NCBI RefSeq assembly: GCF_009914755.1
Contig: NC_060926.1
From: the human T2T-CHM13v2.0 reference genome, Homo sapiens
Strand: one strand, 5' to 3'
Length of the DNA: 64,000 nt
Shown here: piece after piece, positions 46,181 to 63,087 of the stretch
Position numbering within the stretch: position 1 is the stretch's first letter
How the letters are laid out: each line of letters starts with the position of its first letter
Program-made: the position numbers and the translations under genes
The notes under the pieces: generated by a model
The model's input: the letters and a program-made list of their open reading frames with translations, nothing else
What the model was told of the DNA's origin: nothing
Database searches by the model: none

Positions 46181-47209
46181 AATATTAGCAAATGTCATAT
46201 CTGAATTTGTGACATCCTGTTTTACATTGGTTTGGTATTGTTGTGAATTATAGATTCTTATTTGGAATTGTTGTGAATTATAGATTCTTATTGATTCTAC
46301 ATGGAGAAGCCAAGGGAAACCTTTGTTACACAAGGCAGAAGAAAGATTATTCTCTTAGAATCATGAGGAAAAAGAATTCTTTAATCTAGAATTGATCTTT
46401 ATAGCCTGTTATAGGTTGCAAAATTATGAGCTTAGCAAAAATTCCTGAAAAATTTAAAAAGTATTTAAAATATTTTCAAATTGCTCTTTGGAAATTACTT
46501 GTAAAATCTTAAGTCTTGAGGCAAAGGAGTAAAAATAAGTATATTCTACTCATTTGATATAAATAATTTGTCTTTTGACCTTGTTCTGAAATGGTACAGG
46601 CCCAACTATATCATACTTGAGGTGAGGCAAAACAAGCATGTGCAACAGTGTAGTTTTGTGGTTTTACAACTATATTTACATGTGGGGCAACTCTTGTTTT
46701 ACATAATATGGTGTGATGATCAAATTGAATATCGACATGGAAACAAGGTGACGAGGAGCATGTAGGTAAAAGAATTAAATGAGTAAATCCATGCTCAACA
46801 AAAGGAATGAACGCCTTTTTTCCCTTTGACTGGAAAAATGTTATTACAGTATCATCCTGCTACTAAAGTATTTCAGAGAGGAAAATATTTCAATGTGAAC
46901 TTTTATCATTGCAAACCCAAGTCTAAACATGGTAGTTTATAAGATAAGCTTTTCTTAACAAGGAAAATACATACTCTTCATAAATCACCATGATGAGAAT
47001 ATAACAATAGTCACTGAAGTGATTTCAAGTTGCATTCAGGCTTCTTGAAATAATGTTGAATTTACTTTAAAAATAACATATTGAGGTGAAATTCAATAAA
47101 ATTCAATTAAAATTAGCCATTTTAAAGTGAACAGAAATAATTTTTATAACTCCCACCAAGGGAGAATTTTGAATCTGATGAGAAAGTGGCGTAAGTAATC
47201 AAATGAACT

Positions 47210-47520
47210 TTTAATTTTAATTAATTAAGTTTTTTGAGACAGAGTCTTGCCCTGTCACCCAGGCTGGAATGCAGTAGCATGATCATAGCTTCCCACAGCC
47301 TCTAATCTCCGGGGCTCAAGCAATCCTCCTGCCTCAGTCTCCCAAGTAGCTGGGATTACACTTAGCATGTGCCACTATACCTGGCTAGTTGTTTTTTACT
47401 TTTGCTAGAGACAAGGTCTCCCTGTATTGCCTAGGCTAGTCTTGAACTCCTGAGCTCAAGGGATTCTCCCTCCCTGGACTTCCAAAGTGTTGGAATTATA
47501 GGCGTGAGCCACTGTGACCA
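47210..47520 (-). mobile_element. Alu (J-like)
   Basis: Antisense dimer; TSD TAATCAAATGAAC. Confidence 0.93.
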
Positions 47521-47914
47521 GATAATCAAATGAACATTTAATGCTGCAAGAAGTTTTGCTAACTAAAAATTCTTATTAGTAATATCTTATACACTTACTT
47601 CAGCAACCATGAAAAGTGAAATATAATGATGTGAAAATATAGTGGGACAAACTAATAAATGTTGCCATTAATATGGACCAGGCACTGAGAAGATCTGTAA
47701 GGTATCTTCAACGCAGAGATGTTAGGGCTGTAAGAGGTTTCCTCTGAAGTACAAAATGTACAAAGATAAAAATTTTAATTTCTCATAAACACAGTTCATC
47801 CTAATTAAATTCTGGATGGCTATTGCATATGATGAAGGCAAAGTTTGTTCTCCCACAGAAGTTCATAGAGGTAATAAAGAAGTTCCATGCACTCTTCCCT
47901 CCAACATTTTATAT

Positions 47915-48036
47915 ATTTTTTTTAATTTTTATTTTTTGTAGAGACAGGCTGGTCTTGAACTCCTGGCCTCAAGTGATCCTCCCGCCTTGGCCTCCCAAAG
48001 TGTTGGGATTACAGGCATGAGCCACTTCATCTGGCC
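47915..48036 (-). mobile_element. Alu left monomer (FLAM-like)
   Basis: CAGGCTGGTCTTGAACTCCTGGCCTCAAGTGATCC...GAGCCAC. Confidence 0.88.
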
Positions 48037-50458
48037 CTTCATACTTTTTGATGTAGTAATTATAGTTACTGTTCTGTGCATGACATAAGTATGATCTGTA
48101 CCATATTTTATTGTTAACCACTGAAAAACAAATTCACATAAATGGAGGAATAACTGTCATATTTTTAAATGCAGACAGAGAGAATCTCAAATTTCTCAGT
48201 GAAATCCATATGAAATGAAAATTGGGATAGTAAATGACATACCAGTTTTTCCTCCAGTTGTATTTCCTTCTTATATTCTGTTAGAGTAATCATATAGTCA
48301 ACTCACTGGTTTTCTGACTGAGACATGTCCTAGCATTTTCTAACTTGCCTAGAAGAGACCCACAGCTGGCCATTACTGCTGATAAGGGAGTTATCAAGTA
48401 GAGAGTATGGTGACCAGGCCAACTTTCTCAAGTCAGAAGAAAGTGTTTAGGGCATGGCATGCCTGGGTGACTTGACAGGCTGTGAGATTATGTGAACCAG
48501 CTGTTAGGGGTAGCCAGTTTTCTCAGGAACTTATTTTTTTTTTCCTCTATTTGTTCCCAGAGTGGATCTTTGTGGCTATTCTAGTTAGACTCCAGTCATC
48601 CAATCTAGTACACAGAAAATGAGCTATAATTAAAAATCATTAAATATTAAAAACCATTCAATACCTCCATTAAGCCATTATAAAATGAAACTGAAGAACA
48701 AAATTACAGCTTTAAATTCTTCCTTTCTGAGAGTCAAGACATTGACAGAGATGTCTGTTGTTTCATACCCGACGATGCTTCTAAGTATTCCTTATGCACA
48801 TATGAAAATAGCAACTATAAGAAATTACATTGCCTTTTCCTAATGTAAATAAAAGTTGGTTACATCCATATTTCAAAGGGGGAATTAAAGCCCAGGTTTC
48901 ACTAGAATATTCATTTTTATTCCAACCTAAAATTCACAGCATACAAATAGATGAATTCAGCTCGTGAGAGAGCAAAGCCAATTTAATCTCTGGCTCCCCT
49001 GAGGTAAATGTAGTTCACGGTCCTGCCCCCACCCCAACCTCAGCTATAATCCCTGGCTCCTGGAGGTAAAAATGCACTGAAGTGAGGAAAATTCTGCAGC
49101 AGGATATAATGATCCAAAATGACAGGGACAATAATGACAATGAATTTCATGTCTCCCAGTCACGAGCTGGAGGTGCTTGACTAGGCTGACTTATACAATT
49201 AAATTGTTACAGGTACAGCAGGAGATGCAGTTAGCTGTATGCTTTGGGGAACGATGCCTCTGGCAAAAGGCATATTGTGGAATCCAGGCTCTTTTGTTAG
49301 GAGCAAGCTATTACTCCTCTAGGCATGCACCTGCAATTGTACACTTTAATAAAAGAAAGCCCGGGTTAAAGACAAGTATTTTAAGGTGTTGATTTTATCT
49401 ACTTGGAAAGCTAAAAAAATCAATTACCAGTATCACAAAAGTGATTTTTTTGGTCTTTTTGTTGTTTGTTTTTTCATTGAGTTCCTGGAACATAAGTAAA
49501 ATCTTAAGATGGTGCCTTTAATCCTCATTTACACTATTTGTAAACAGAGTTGTTGAATGAATTGGGTGTTACCTACTTTAAATCAGACAGATATTAATTT
49601 CTTCAAAATAATAGAAATAGATTGAACAGATAACTGAACAATGTGGATTTACAAACAGAATATTAATAGCAAGTCCTTTAAGCAAGTTTGGGCTACTTGC
49701 TTCTTAATGCAATTCTTGTGAATTGGAGTGGTAATCTCCATAATCTCCAAAGTGAAAGATGTGAGCCTCATGAGGTGCACACACCCATCCACTAGGGTAT
49801 AGGAGGAACACATTAGAACTTCTACTTCGATATGTTTTTAAAGTTTAATTCCTTATAAATTTGAAATGGTTCAAATGTCTATAATATATAAAAACAGTAA
49901 TATGTACATTATGTAATTTATAAATAAATATACACATATTGGAGATACATACTGATATTTACTTTTGGAATAGTCAGTTTAATTTTTTTGGGGGGGGGCC
50001 ACTAGTAATTTGTCATTATTTTATTTCTTTGATAATTGGCTATTTAAATATTTTCAAGATAGATGTGTTTAGTGAGAGGACAGATTGCTTTGGAAGAGTA
50101 AACATAACCAAATCCCTTTCTTCATCTCCCAATGTTTAATTTCTATGAAATTTAATTGAGGTGGCTGAAAACATAAAAACAAAGAACTATTGAATAAGAG
50201 GAGGTATTGGCATGATACATTAAAATTGTGTATTTAAAGAAAATTTTCATCTTAACATAATGCATTTATTTTAAAATGTAAAGTCCTATTTGCCAACAAT
50301 TTCCAGGGCTCCTACCCTTTTTGTATCCTTATTATTGTGCAACCAAGGTTTAAAATTATGTAAATATTGATACACATAAAAGAATACGTGTAACACGTAT
50401 GTAAGTTGTAAAGTTAGTCATTAAGATTGTGGGATCTGCAACTGTCCTTAAAACCTAG

Positions 50459-51141
50459 TGAGATAGGAGAGTTGCCTGGACCCTTCGTGGGACTTGCGAC
50501 AGGGGTGTGGCTCGATTACCTGGCCGGGTGCTCAAACCCCTTGTGGGTGGGGGAGCACCCAGGCAAACAGGTGCCTGGGCCAGGGTGAGTGCCTTTGGGC
50601 TCCAGCCCCATGGCAGCATCTAGGGGTGTGTTATGATTAATGCTCTTTTGGCAGTTGCCATCCAAGATGGCTAAGTATTAAGCAGCTCAGTGGAGAGTCA
50701 GGGTGACAGCCTTTTACACCTTGCCTTCTTGGTACCCAGGTTCTTGCCCAGCATCTGGGAAGAATCAGGTCATACAGACTTGGAGGATGGTGAATGCAGA
50801 GGTTTTATTGAGTGGTGGAGGTGGCCCTCAGTGGGATGGGGAGCTGGAAAGGGGATGGAGTGGGAAGATAACCTCCCTGTCTCCAACCGTCCAGCTGCCT
50901 CTTCTTTTCTCTCATTCTCTGCTATGCCACTCCACTCCTCTGCCGGTGGAATTTGGGGTTTTTATAGGTACAGGATGGGGGTGTTGTGGGTCAGGGTGGT
51001 TTTTGAAAAAACAACATTCGGGTGGGAAAACAGGGATATGAAGTTCTCATTTAGGGCCATGGGCCCAGGCTTGTGGATGGGGCCATTGCCGGGGAACTAC
51101 CCTCTGCTACCCAGTATTTCCCTGCCTCCTGTCCAATATCA
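50459..51141 (-). mobile_element. ERV1 solo LTR (LTR1/MER52-related family)
   Basis: TG...CA ends, 4-bp TSD CTAG (50455-50458, 51142-51145). Minus strand starts TGATATTGGACAGGAGGCAGGGAAATACTGGGTAG and carries TATAAAAA and AATAAA. Confidence 0.88.
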
Positions 51142-51309
51142 CTAGGATATTACCAAGACATTGAAGCCAACTGTGACTATTCACCATTTCATTTCCTTGT
51201 CTTCCCTAGAAATAACTGCTATGCTGAATTGTATTATTAGGGTTCCTGGTCTTTCTAATAATCTTATTATATGTACATGTATTTCTAAAGTAATGTATTG
51301 TTCAGTTTT

Positions 51310-51339
51310 ATTTATTTATTTTTAAAATTATTTTTATTG

Positions 51340-51374
<35 letters not shown>

Positions 51375-51659
51375 TTTTGAGATGGAGTCTCACTCTGTCG
51401 CTCAAGCAGGGTCCAGTGGCACGATCTTGGCTTATTGCAACCTCCACCTCCCGGGCTCAAGCCATTATCCCACCTCGGTCTCCTGAGCAGCTGGGATTAC
51501 AGGCACGTGCCACCATGCCCAGCTAATTTTTTTGTATTTCAGTAGAGATGGGGTTTCACCATGTTGCCCAGGGTGGTTTCGAACACCTGAGCTCTGGCAG
51601 TCCGCCTGCCTCAGCCTCTCAAAGTGCTGGGATTGCAGGCGTGAGCCACCATGCCCGGC
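51310..51659 (-). mobile_element. Alu with (TTTA)n tail
   Basis: Antisense dimer; TSD TGTTCAGTTTTATTT. Confidence 0.95.
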
Positions 51660-53689
51660 TGTTCAGTTTTATTTTTAAACTTTGTAAAAGTATTATGTGA
51701 TGGTTACATAAGGTGATATAAATTTTGTAGAGCAGTTGGACATGCCTAGAAAAGTTGGGGGTACATTGTGATCTAGTAATTTTATTAGTAGGTATATGCC
51801 TTAGGGGAACTGTTGCATGTGTCTACCAGGGTATATGTACAAAAAGTTCATAGAAGCACTGGGTATAATTTCAAAAAGGGAAGTAATGCAAATATCCATC
51901 AAGAGGAAAATGAATATTTAATATATGGTCTGTTCACATAATGGAGTAAAACACAGCATTGAAAGTGCATGAACTGTAAACTGAACAACACAGATGAATC
52001 TTAGAAAAATAATGTTGAAAATGGCATGATAAATTGTTTTGGAATTGTAAGCATTGCAATCATACTAGAAAGCTACTTTCCAAAGTATTGTAGGGTCTTT
52101 AAATCAATCAGCAATATGGAAGGAGATGACTTAGGTTTACAAACTTAACTGCACTTTGAGCTCTGCATTACACATCTATAAATTTAGGCTTATGACACCT
52201 AATTCACAGGCTGTTTTGATATTTAAATGAACTACTATAATAAATGCAAAATAATTTATAAGTACAAAACATTACTCCCGTATTATTTTTGGGGGGTCAA
52301 TTTCATGGATACTCTATAGTCCACCAAATTTCTACTTTTTGTGAAAATATTCCAAAGTGAAGCATCAGTTCCACAAGCATCCCCTTGTATGTTTAAAATT
52401 TGAAGATTCTTCTAGAAAAACTTGCCAAACATTCTTAGGATAAAAGGAAAAAATATTGCACATATGAACATGCCTCAGGTAAGTATAATCTTTGAAGTTT
52501 AAGAATTAAAAACCATAACATTTTAATAGAACTTCCTCTAAACATTCCTTCCTCTTAGACATTGATTTAAAACATATTTGCTTTTAATATTTCTCCTTGT
52601 TCATATGCAATTTTACACTTCTAAACTAAATGAATAGTTTTAATCTTGATTTCCTACTGTCAGCTTTCCTGTTGTATTTCTCCTCTTGTTTTCTATGAGT
52701 TACATAAATGAAACTGACATCATTGCTCATACAGCAGGCATATTTTTTTTTGCCCCCAAATGCTGCCTTTTTGCTATTCAGTGTATCTGGATACCAGCTA
52801 ATGCTAAATGAAGTTTGACATGTACCCCTAAGAAACAAAACTTATAAATTGTGGCTTCAAAGGAAACCTTGAATAAATAGGACACACTGTGTCCACCCAG
52901 GCTAACATCCAGCATATGTTTTAGCTTCCTGATGATGAGATAGAGCAAAATAGCCCCCAGGAAACTTTGCAATTGTTTATTGCTCACTTGCCCAGCATGT
53001 ATTAAATACCAGGCTTTCATTCTCTTATAATTTGCTTTTTTTAAAATTAAAATCCACCAAAGTAGATTTGATCAGGTATAGCAAGCCGAGATAGTAGTCA
53101 TCCATATTTGTACTCTGTATATAAAAGCTTAAAGACAGTGCTAAAAATTCTCCAGTAGTAGGATGTATGTAAGTTGTTTGAACAGATAGTTCTAGTGGGT
53201 TCATAGTAAGCTATTTACTTCTCCCATTCTGTGGTTCAGTTGACCCATTTAAAAAAGATTCAGGATCAAAGGCAGAAGCTATTGTATCAAAAATCTTTGT
53301 CCACTCTTCTCTTGATTTACTCATTCATCCAAAAAATATTTATGGAACCTCTACTATTTGCCAGGCATTGTACATATATGCCATATATTTTGCCAAATAC
53401 ATGGTCCCTACCACCACCAATGTTTTACATTTGTGTAGCAGAGTGTGGTTTTTTAAGCTTTTTTTTTTTTTTTGCAGAAATTATCTTTGAACTAACTTTG
53501 TATGTATGCTGGGATAGGATATTATGATCTCTATTTTACAGGAAGGAAGAGGAATCATAGCTAAAAATCTACATTGATAGTTTAGATACATGGGGATGTG
53601 AAGATAATTTTATTTTTTAGCTAAAAAGAGGACTTTACAAAATGAAGATTATAGCATCATGGCTTCTTTCAGCTATGATTGATTTTTTT

Positions 53690-54121
53690 TTTTCTTTTTA
53701 AAGACTTTACTTTTTTAGAGAAATTTTAGGTTCACAACAAAATTGAGAGAAAGGTACAGAGACTTCCTCTTTCCCCCCTGCTCCCATACATGTTTAGACT
53801 CTCCCACTATCAACATCCCTCACTGCAGTGAAGCATTCGTTTCAGTCAATGAACCTACATGGACACATCATTATCACCCAGAGTCCATAGTCTACATGAA
53901 GTTTCACTCTTGGTGTACATTCTGTCGGCTCTGATAAATATATAATGATATGTATCCACCACTGCCATATCATACTGAATAGTTTCGCTGGCCTAAAAAT
54001 CCTCTGTGCTCTGCCTAGTCATCCTTCCCCCTCCCCTAACCCCTGGCAACCAATGATCTTTTCACTGTCTCCAGAGTTGTGCCTTTCCCAGAATGACATG
54101 TAGTTGGAATCCTACAGTATG
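53690..54121 (-). mobile_element. L1MB/MC-type 3' end
   Basis: TTTTAGGTTCACAACAAAATTGAG...CCCCTGGCAACCAATGATCTTTT; degenerate TSD TCAGCTA..ATTGATTTTT on both sides. Confidence 0.85.
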
Positions 54122-54445
54122 TCAGCTACCATTGATTTTTAAGTTCGTTATACACTTTTAAAAAGTAGCCAAATAGTTCAACAAAGGCTATCCAATTTTA
54201 TTATGGAAAACTCAAATATATGCAAAATTAATGAGAATAATAAAATTAACTTTCAATTTTAGCACTTATAAACTCATGACCAAACACTTATAAACTCATG
54301 GCCAGTCTATACTCTCATTTCCCCTTTCCCCCACTCCCCACTATAACAAATGTTTTATCCATGGATATTTAGTCTGTATCTTTAAAGTTAAGAACTCTCT
54401 TTCAAACACAGCCACACCTAAATTGTTCAACAATAATTTCTTTTC

Positions 54446-54631
<186 letters not shown>

Positions 54632-54754
54632 TAATATCAAATATCTGGTTATGTTCACATGTCCCTTATAATCTCATAACTTTATTAGGCTCCTGATTTT
54701 AAAAACCAACTCATAAAAAATAGACAAAATCTTACATATAAGTTGATTCATTCT

Positions 54755-54948
54755 TTTTATTGTTGTTATTATATTTTAGATTCAGGGGCACATGTACAGG
54801 TTTGTTACATGGATATATTATTGCTTAATGGTGACGTTGGGGCTTCTAGTGAACCCATCACCCAAATAGTGAACATTATACTCAATAGGTAGCTTTTTAA
54901 CTCTCACCCTCTTCCCACCCACCCCCACCTTTTGGAGCCCCCAGTGTG
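54755..54948 (-). mobile_element. Short old L1P 3' end
   Basis: TTTTAGATTCAGGGGCACATGTACAGGTTTGTTACATGG; TSD GATTCATTCTTTTT. Confidence 0.88.
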
Positions 54949-55049
54949 GATTCATTCTTTTTTAACTGATAGGTTTCCAGTCCCTTTTTTTGTTTCCTGA
55001 TGGTTTTATGTAACAGTTTCCCTTTGATGTAAATTGGTAGACTTGTCTC

Positions 55050-55572
55050 ATTAATCTGTTGCTGCATAAGAAGCAACACCTAAGCTCAGTGGCTTAAAAC
55101 AATGATTGGTTATTTCTCATAGTTCTGAGGATGGATGGGCTCAGCTGGGTGGTTGTCACTTGGGGTCCTTCTATATAGTTATAGTGAGATGGCAGCTGGG
55201 GCTGAAGTCTTCTAAAGGCTTCTTTACTTTCCTGTTTGGTGCCTGGACTTGGAAGGCTGGGGTGGCCACAACTTGGTCTGGCACCTCTTTCACCATGGCT
55301 TCTCTGTATGGCTAGCTTGGACTTTTTCACAGGGTACAGACTTCTTATGTGGTGGCTGGCTTACCCCATGAGCCCACCAGGAGACCAAAGCAGAAACAGA
55401 GGGCTTCTTTTGACCTAGTCTTAGAAGTCACACAGTGTCACTTTCACCACATTCTGTTAATTAAAGTAAATCACAAAAGCAGCCAAACTTAAAAGAGAGG
55501 GGATTACAAAAGTAAGAAAAGCAGAAGGCGTAGTTTACTGAGGAGAGGTGGGACATATTTGGTGACTAGCAA
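55050..55572 (-). mobile_element. MLT1 (MaLR) LTR
   Basis: CTCAGTGGCTTAAAACAA...GGGCTCAGCTGGGTGG...TTAGAAGTCACACAGTGTCACTTTCACCACATTCT motifs. Confidence 0.8.
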
Positions 55573-58500
55573 CAAAAAGGCTAGATCAAATTGTTTTGTC
55601 AAAAATACTTTATGGGTGATGTAAATTTCCATCACAAGTCTGTTTACCTCTTTTTAATTTTTTTAAATTAGTAATTATAATTATTGCCTAGATAATTACA
55701 GCATTTCATTAGAGGTTAAGGGGTTATAAAATGTTACTTTTATAATTCTATTTTTCCTTCTTTATGGGTTAGTTGGATTACTTATAATTTCCCTGTATCA
55801 ACTATCTGCCTACCTTAAGGTATATTGTATATAGGAAAGTCTGGATAAATGCTTGATTCTTTTCATTTATTTGTACTCAAAAATAATGAGTTAGCTTTTT
55901 TAGTATCCTCCAAATGTAATGAGATCTTTTTCTGAGGGGAAGCTTGTCAACATAAACTCATGAATTTGAAGTATTTGATAGATACATGTCAATCCATCAG
56001 AATTATTGATGTTCATGTTGCCCATCTCTGGCCCTGGGGCACTTCCTGCAGTTGGCCCCTGAGCCCTTTTGATACCCTGTCAGTGGTCTATGATGATTTC
56101 TGTGCTGTTTGCTATGACAAGATACTCCGGTTTCATCTTGAAACTTTCCTTCCCTAGTTTTGGAAGCAGCCATTTCTTCAGTAACACTTGACTCCCTCAT
56201 GTGGAAAATGGTAACTAGGGACCATAATCTATTTGCTATGAAGGTTCATTGCTACTGGTTGGTCATTATTTCTAGGCCTTTCAATAGAAAAAATTAGGAA
56301 AAAAATTATGTGAAGAAGAAAAACATGTTGAGTTTTTAGATACAGTTCCACTTCAAATTTAGTATTACATGGTTTTTATTTAACGTTATCAATCAGACTT
56401 CCAAAACAGTTTAATTTTATTTTTCAGTTTCGTTGTTGAATGGGGACATACGGACAAATTACTGTCTTTTAAAGTGACTTAACATATTTATTTCCTATAA
56501 GTGTGGTTATGTCACCACTTAATACAACAGATAATTTCATTTTGCTTTAGATGATTAGGAATTTATTTTTTTAAACTGTGCTTCTGTTTTATAAATTATG
56601 TAAATAAAGTGTTTTAAAGTAAAAAATGTAAACAAAGACAATTCAAACAAGGCTAGCTTCTTTCCTTGTTCTGCCCTATTCCCTCCTTCTTTAAAATTAA
56701 CTTAAAAAATTTTTTTAGGATTTTGGTATGTTCTTTTAACGTATGTATGCATATGTGTTTATTATATGTACACTTGTTTTTGCTCTGCCTACCATTTTGT
56801 AGGTGGTAGTAGTGCCATGCTTTTTTCACCTAATAGAGTAGATACTGCTTTCCATAAGTATAAGAGGCCACAAAATTTTAAAAGGTGAATTTAAAAGCAG
56901 GGACCAACTTTTATGGAATTACATTTCATAGCCATGTTAACTGCTTAGATCAAAATATACCTGCTCATACAGCCTTAGCCATCAATAAACCACACTTTCA
57001 AATTATTTTTCTTTTTATAAGTGAAAATAAAATCTTATTTCCTTTCTTTGGATACCACAAAACAATGACACATCCACTAGTCTGATCTGTGTAGAGAGCT
57101 TAAAATTAATCAGAGAGTCTCAAATGCTGTTATTATCATTATGTAAAATATGCTGTGATTTGTTCAAATTTGCTAAAATCTGGTTCATAACATTTGCTTG
57201 CATTGAATGCTAATATGCTTAGTCAGACTAAGTGCTTCTGTCAATTATAGTCTTTTAAATAGATGAGTCTGTCTTATACTAATATGTGAAATTATACTTC
57301 TTGGTAAAATTTGTGTTGATATGCTTTATATTAATGGTGCATTTTTTAAAATTTAGAGATAAAGCTAATTAATTGTAGTTTAAGTTTAAGATATAAAAAT
57401 TTGAGGGACTTTCTGCTTTTGTTTCAAAGACATTCGGAGAACACATGCCCAAGAAATGTAAGCCATGCTTAAAAATACTGCATTTTGAAGCTTGCAGTAA
57501 CTATCTAATGAATTCGTCTCAGAGTGATTCTCCTTCAGAAAAACAAAATTTTATAGGTCACATTTGGAAACAAGGAGAGGAGGAAATAACTGACATTGCA
57601 ATATGGGGAAATAAATGGGAAATAAAAGGCCATAATGATTGGTCTTCAGGAAGCTGTAAGGATTGTTCTTCAGGAACTAATTTTTCTTGCTACTTTATTG
57701 TGTGGACAATATAATGCCTCACGTATCTGTTGGCATAGTCCCTAGTTTCTCTCTGCTGTACCCATTCTTCACATATTTTCTAGCATTCTTTCAAGAGGAT
57801 CAGGAGTCTTTGCCCAGATACCTGTTTGGGAAAAGGAAGAAAGAGAGTAAAAAATTAATAATTAAATCAATTTTGGAGTTATTCTGCAGATGACACACAG
57901 CAGCTTTCTTAGTGTAATGGAAAGCCAGCCTGGTATTAAGCATCTAACCTCACAAAGAATGGCAGTAATAAAAATATCTCTTCAATTAAAAAGCCCCACA
58001 CTTTAGTTTCAACTACCAAGCCTTGGAAATGTAATAAAAAAAAAACTGTGAAAAAAAGTCTTCGGTACATAGTTTTTATAAATATAACTAACACCTTGGT
58101 GTAGATTATATTCTCTGGAGCCAAATAGATTACTATTTTAGAATGTGAAGTTTCAAACTAGTTTCATTATTACTATTAATACTTACTCATATCACACTTA
58201 CATTAGTAAAACCCTCTGTAGATCATTATATCCACTCAAGCATGAACCACACAACACCTATTTTTTTTAACTCATCTTTGCACATTAAAAAACATACAGG
58301 CACACGCAACTAACCTCCCACACAAGTTAAATAACTATTGCTCCTTTTCTGTTCAAAACCAAATATATACTCTTGCATTCACTGGAAAGTGTTACTAGTA
58401 TATGATTTGCTATCTATTCAGAAGAATAGATATTTGAGAATAAAATAAAAAAGTATATAATAATGAAAGCAACTACCAAATTAAAAGCAATATCAAATAA

Positions 58501-59184
58501 TTTGTACTTGATATTTTTATGTCAAAGATGATTAACATGTAACTGATTTACCTGGGATAGACCAGGTAAATCAGTACACCAGAAACTTCATATTTCCCAG
58601 GAATTTTAAATTTTCTTAGTTTTTAACCCGAGAAATCCTACAAAGAATGGATTTGGTGATTTGTGTTTTATTTTCCTTAAGAAGGTTGAAGTCTGAAAAA
58701 GGTAACTGAGAAGCAGCTCACAGGCAGTTCTCTCTTTTAATAATTCCCCGTGTGCAAAGCATTGTACTTCAATAGTTACCTCAGAACCATTTTAGTGAAA
58801 AAGAAGGTAAAAATACATTATCATTAAAAAACTAATCTGAATATAGTCAGGATTTACAAATTGGATAAACTGACTACTCTCATTCTAATAAAAGAATAAA
58901 ATAAACCCAATTTATTATTTTCAATAGTTGCCTCTTCCAACAGCATTTAAATTAATAGATAATAGTCCACGCTAATTGTAAGAAACATGTCTATTGTATA
59001 AAACCGGATTGAAACATGTCTATTATATAAAGCCAGATTGATATGTGTATTTTTGCCTTTTTCCTCTGTCTTCTACTTGTATATTTCTTTTTCTCATCAC
59101 AGATTTTGGTAAAATTGGTATTTTCATTATCCTTAAGTATGAGCAAAGAGAGATAAACATATTTCTCCACTCAATTATGTCAAT

Positions 59185-61765
<2,581 letters not shown>

Positions 61766-62777
61766 CTTTGTTTAAGACTCTATTTTCAAAAAACCAAGCA
61801 TAAACATTATTAACACAAACATAATGAAATACATATACAATTTAGAGTAATATTTAAAGTGATGTAAATATCTAGATGCGATTAAACACTTCACTCACTG
61901 AAGTTTAATTATTTTAATTTGCTACATTTGCTGTTTAATGTTACTTTGGTCTTCTCTTCTCCCCATCCCATCCCAAATATGCATAGTTTTAATTCACCCC
62001 TGCCCCCTTTAAATATATATGTATTTAAAATCCACAGATTGGTGTTAGTGTTGGGAAGGGGGATTTCTGCTGAAACTCCACATGTGCTCCTTACTGCTGG
62101 TTGATGCTTTTGATGTTCTCATCCCCTGAGGTCAGGAGAACACAGACAGGAGAGTAAGTGGCAACTGTAGCAACCCCAGGCTTTGTGACACTTCTCTCCA
62201 GAAGATGCAAGGGTATTTTCTGCACATCAGCACTGGCCCTGACAGTAGAGAGTTTCTTTTCATTTACTTTAAAATGGTTCTGACAAAAACCGGGGTCTCT
62301 CATTTGCAAAACCAGCTGTCTGTAGCAAAGCCGGACCTTATCTTAAGAGCCAGGCTGAGGCCACAGATGTCGTGTGGCACCTGCATGTGGAGGCCACGAG
62401 TGGCCCATTAACCAGATCTGGGCTGAGGCCACTGAGTCTGCACCATGGAGCTCACTCCTGGAGGCCAGCTGCAATATTCCCACCTGGCCAGGAAGGACAC
62501 TGCCCTTCTCAGTCCCAGAATGGTAATCTGAGGGCCCTCCACAACACAATGGGGCCTTCAGCCTAGGCATGGACCACTGTGGTGCTTTCCCTCTCTCCAT
62601 AGGACAAATGGAGGGCCACAGGTTCCAGCAATGCCTGGAGCCCACTTGGTCCTTTAATATCCCATCTTGTCACTTCTCAGGCCCCTGCCTACTCCACCAA
62701 AAGGGCTGGGGAGGCAGTCCAAAGATAGGGGTTATAGATTTATGTTAATAAATATATAATATATATTAATATGTAAT

Positions 62778-63087
62778 TTTATTTTTATTTTTACTTTTTT
62801 AAGTGACAAAGTCTCGTTCAGTTGTTAGGCTGGAGTACAGTGGAGTGATCACAACTCACTGCAGTCTTGACCTCTGGAGTTTAAGCAAATCTCCTCAGCC
62901 TCCGACTAGCTAAGACTATCGTTGTGCACCAACACATCTGGCTAGTTTTTATTTTTAAAAAACTCTTTGCAGAGACAAGGCCTTGCTTTGTTGCCCAGGC
63001 TGGTGATGAACACCTGGCTTCAAGTTGTCCTCTCACCTTGGCCTCCCAAAGTGCTGGGATTACAGATGTGAGCCACTGCATCCAGCC
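62778..63087 (-). mobile_element. Alu (J-like)
   Basis: Diverged antisense dimer. Confidence 0.9.

Noticed and set aside
50690-51145. 151-aa and 112-aa ORFs
   Set aside because: Lie inside the solo LTR and resemble no protein family I recognise.
58982-59041. 29-bp tandem duplication carrying two p53 half-sites (AAACATGTCT)
   Set aside because: The 19-bp spacer is too long for a canonical p53 element; simple local duplication explains it.
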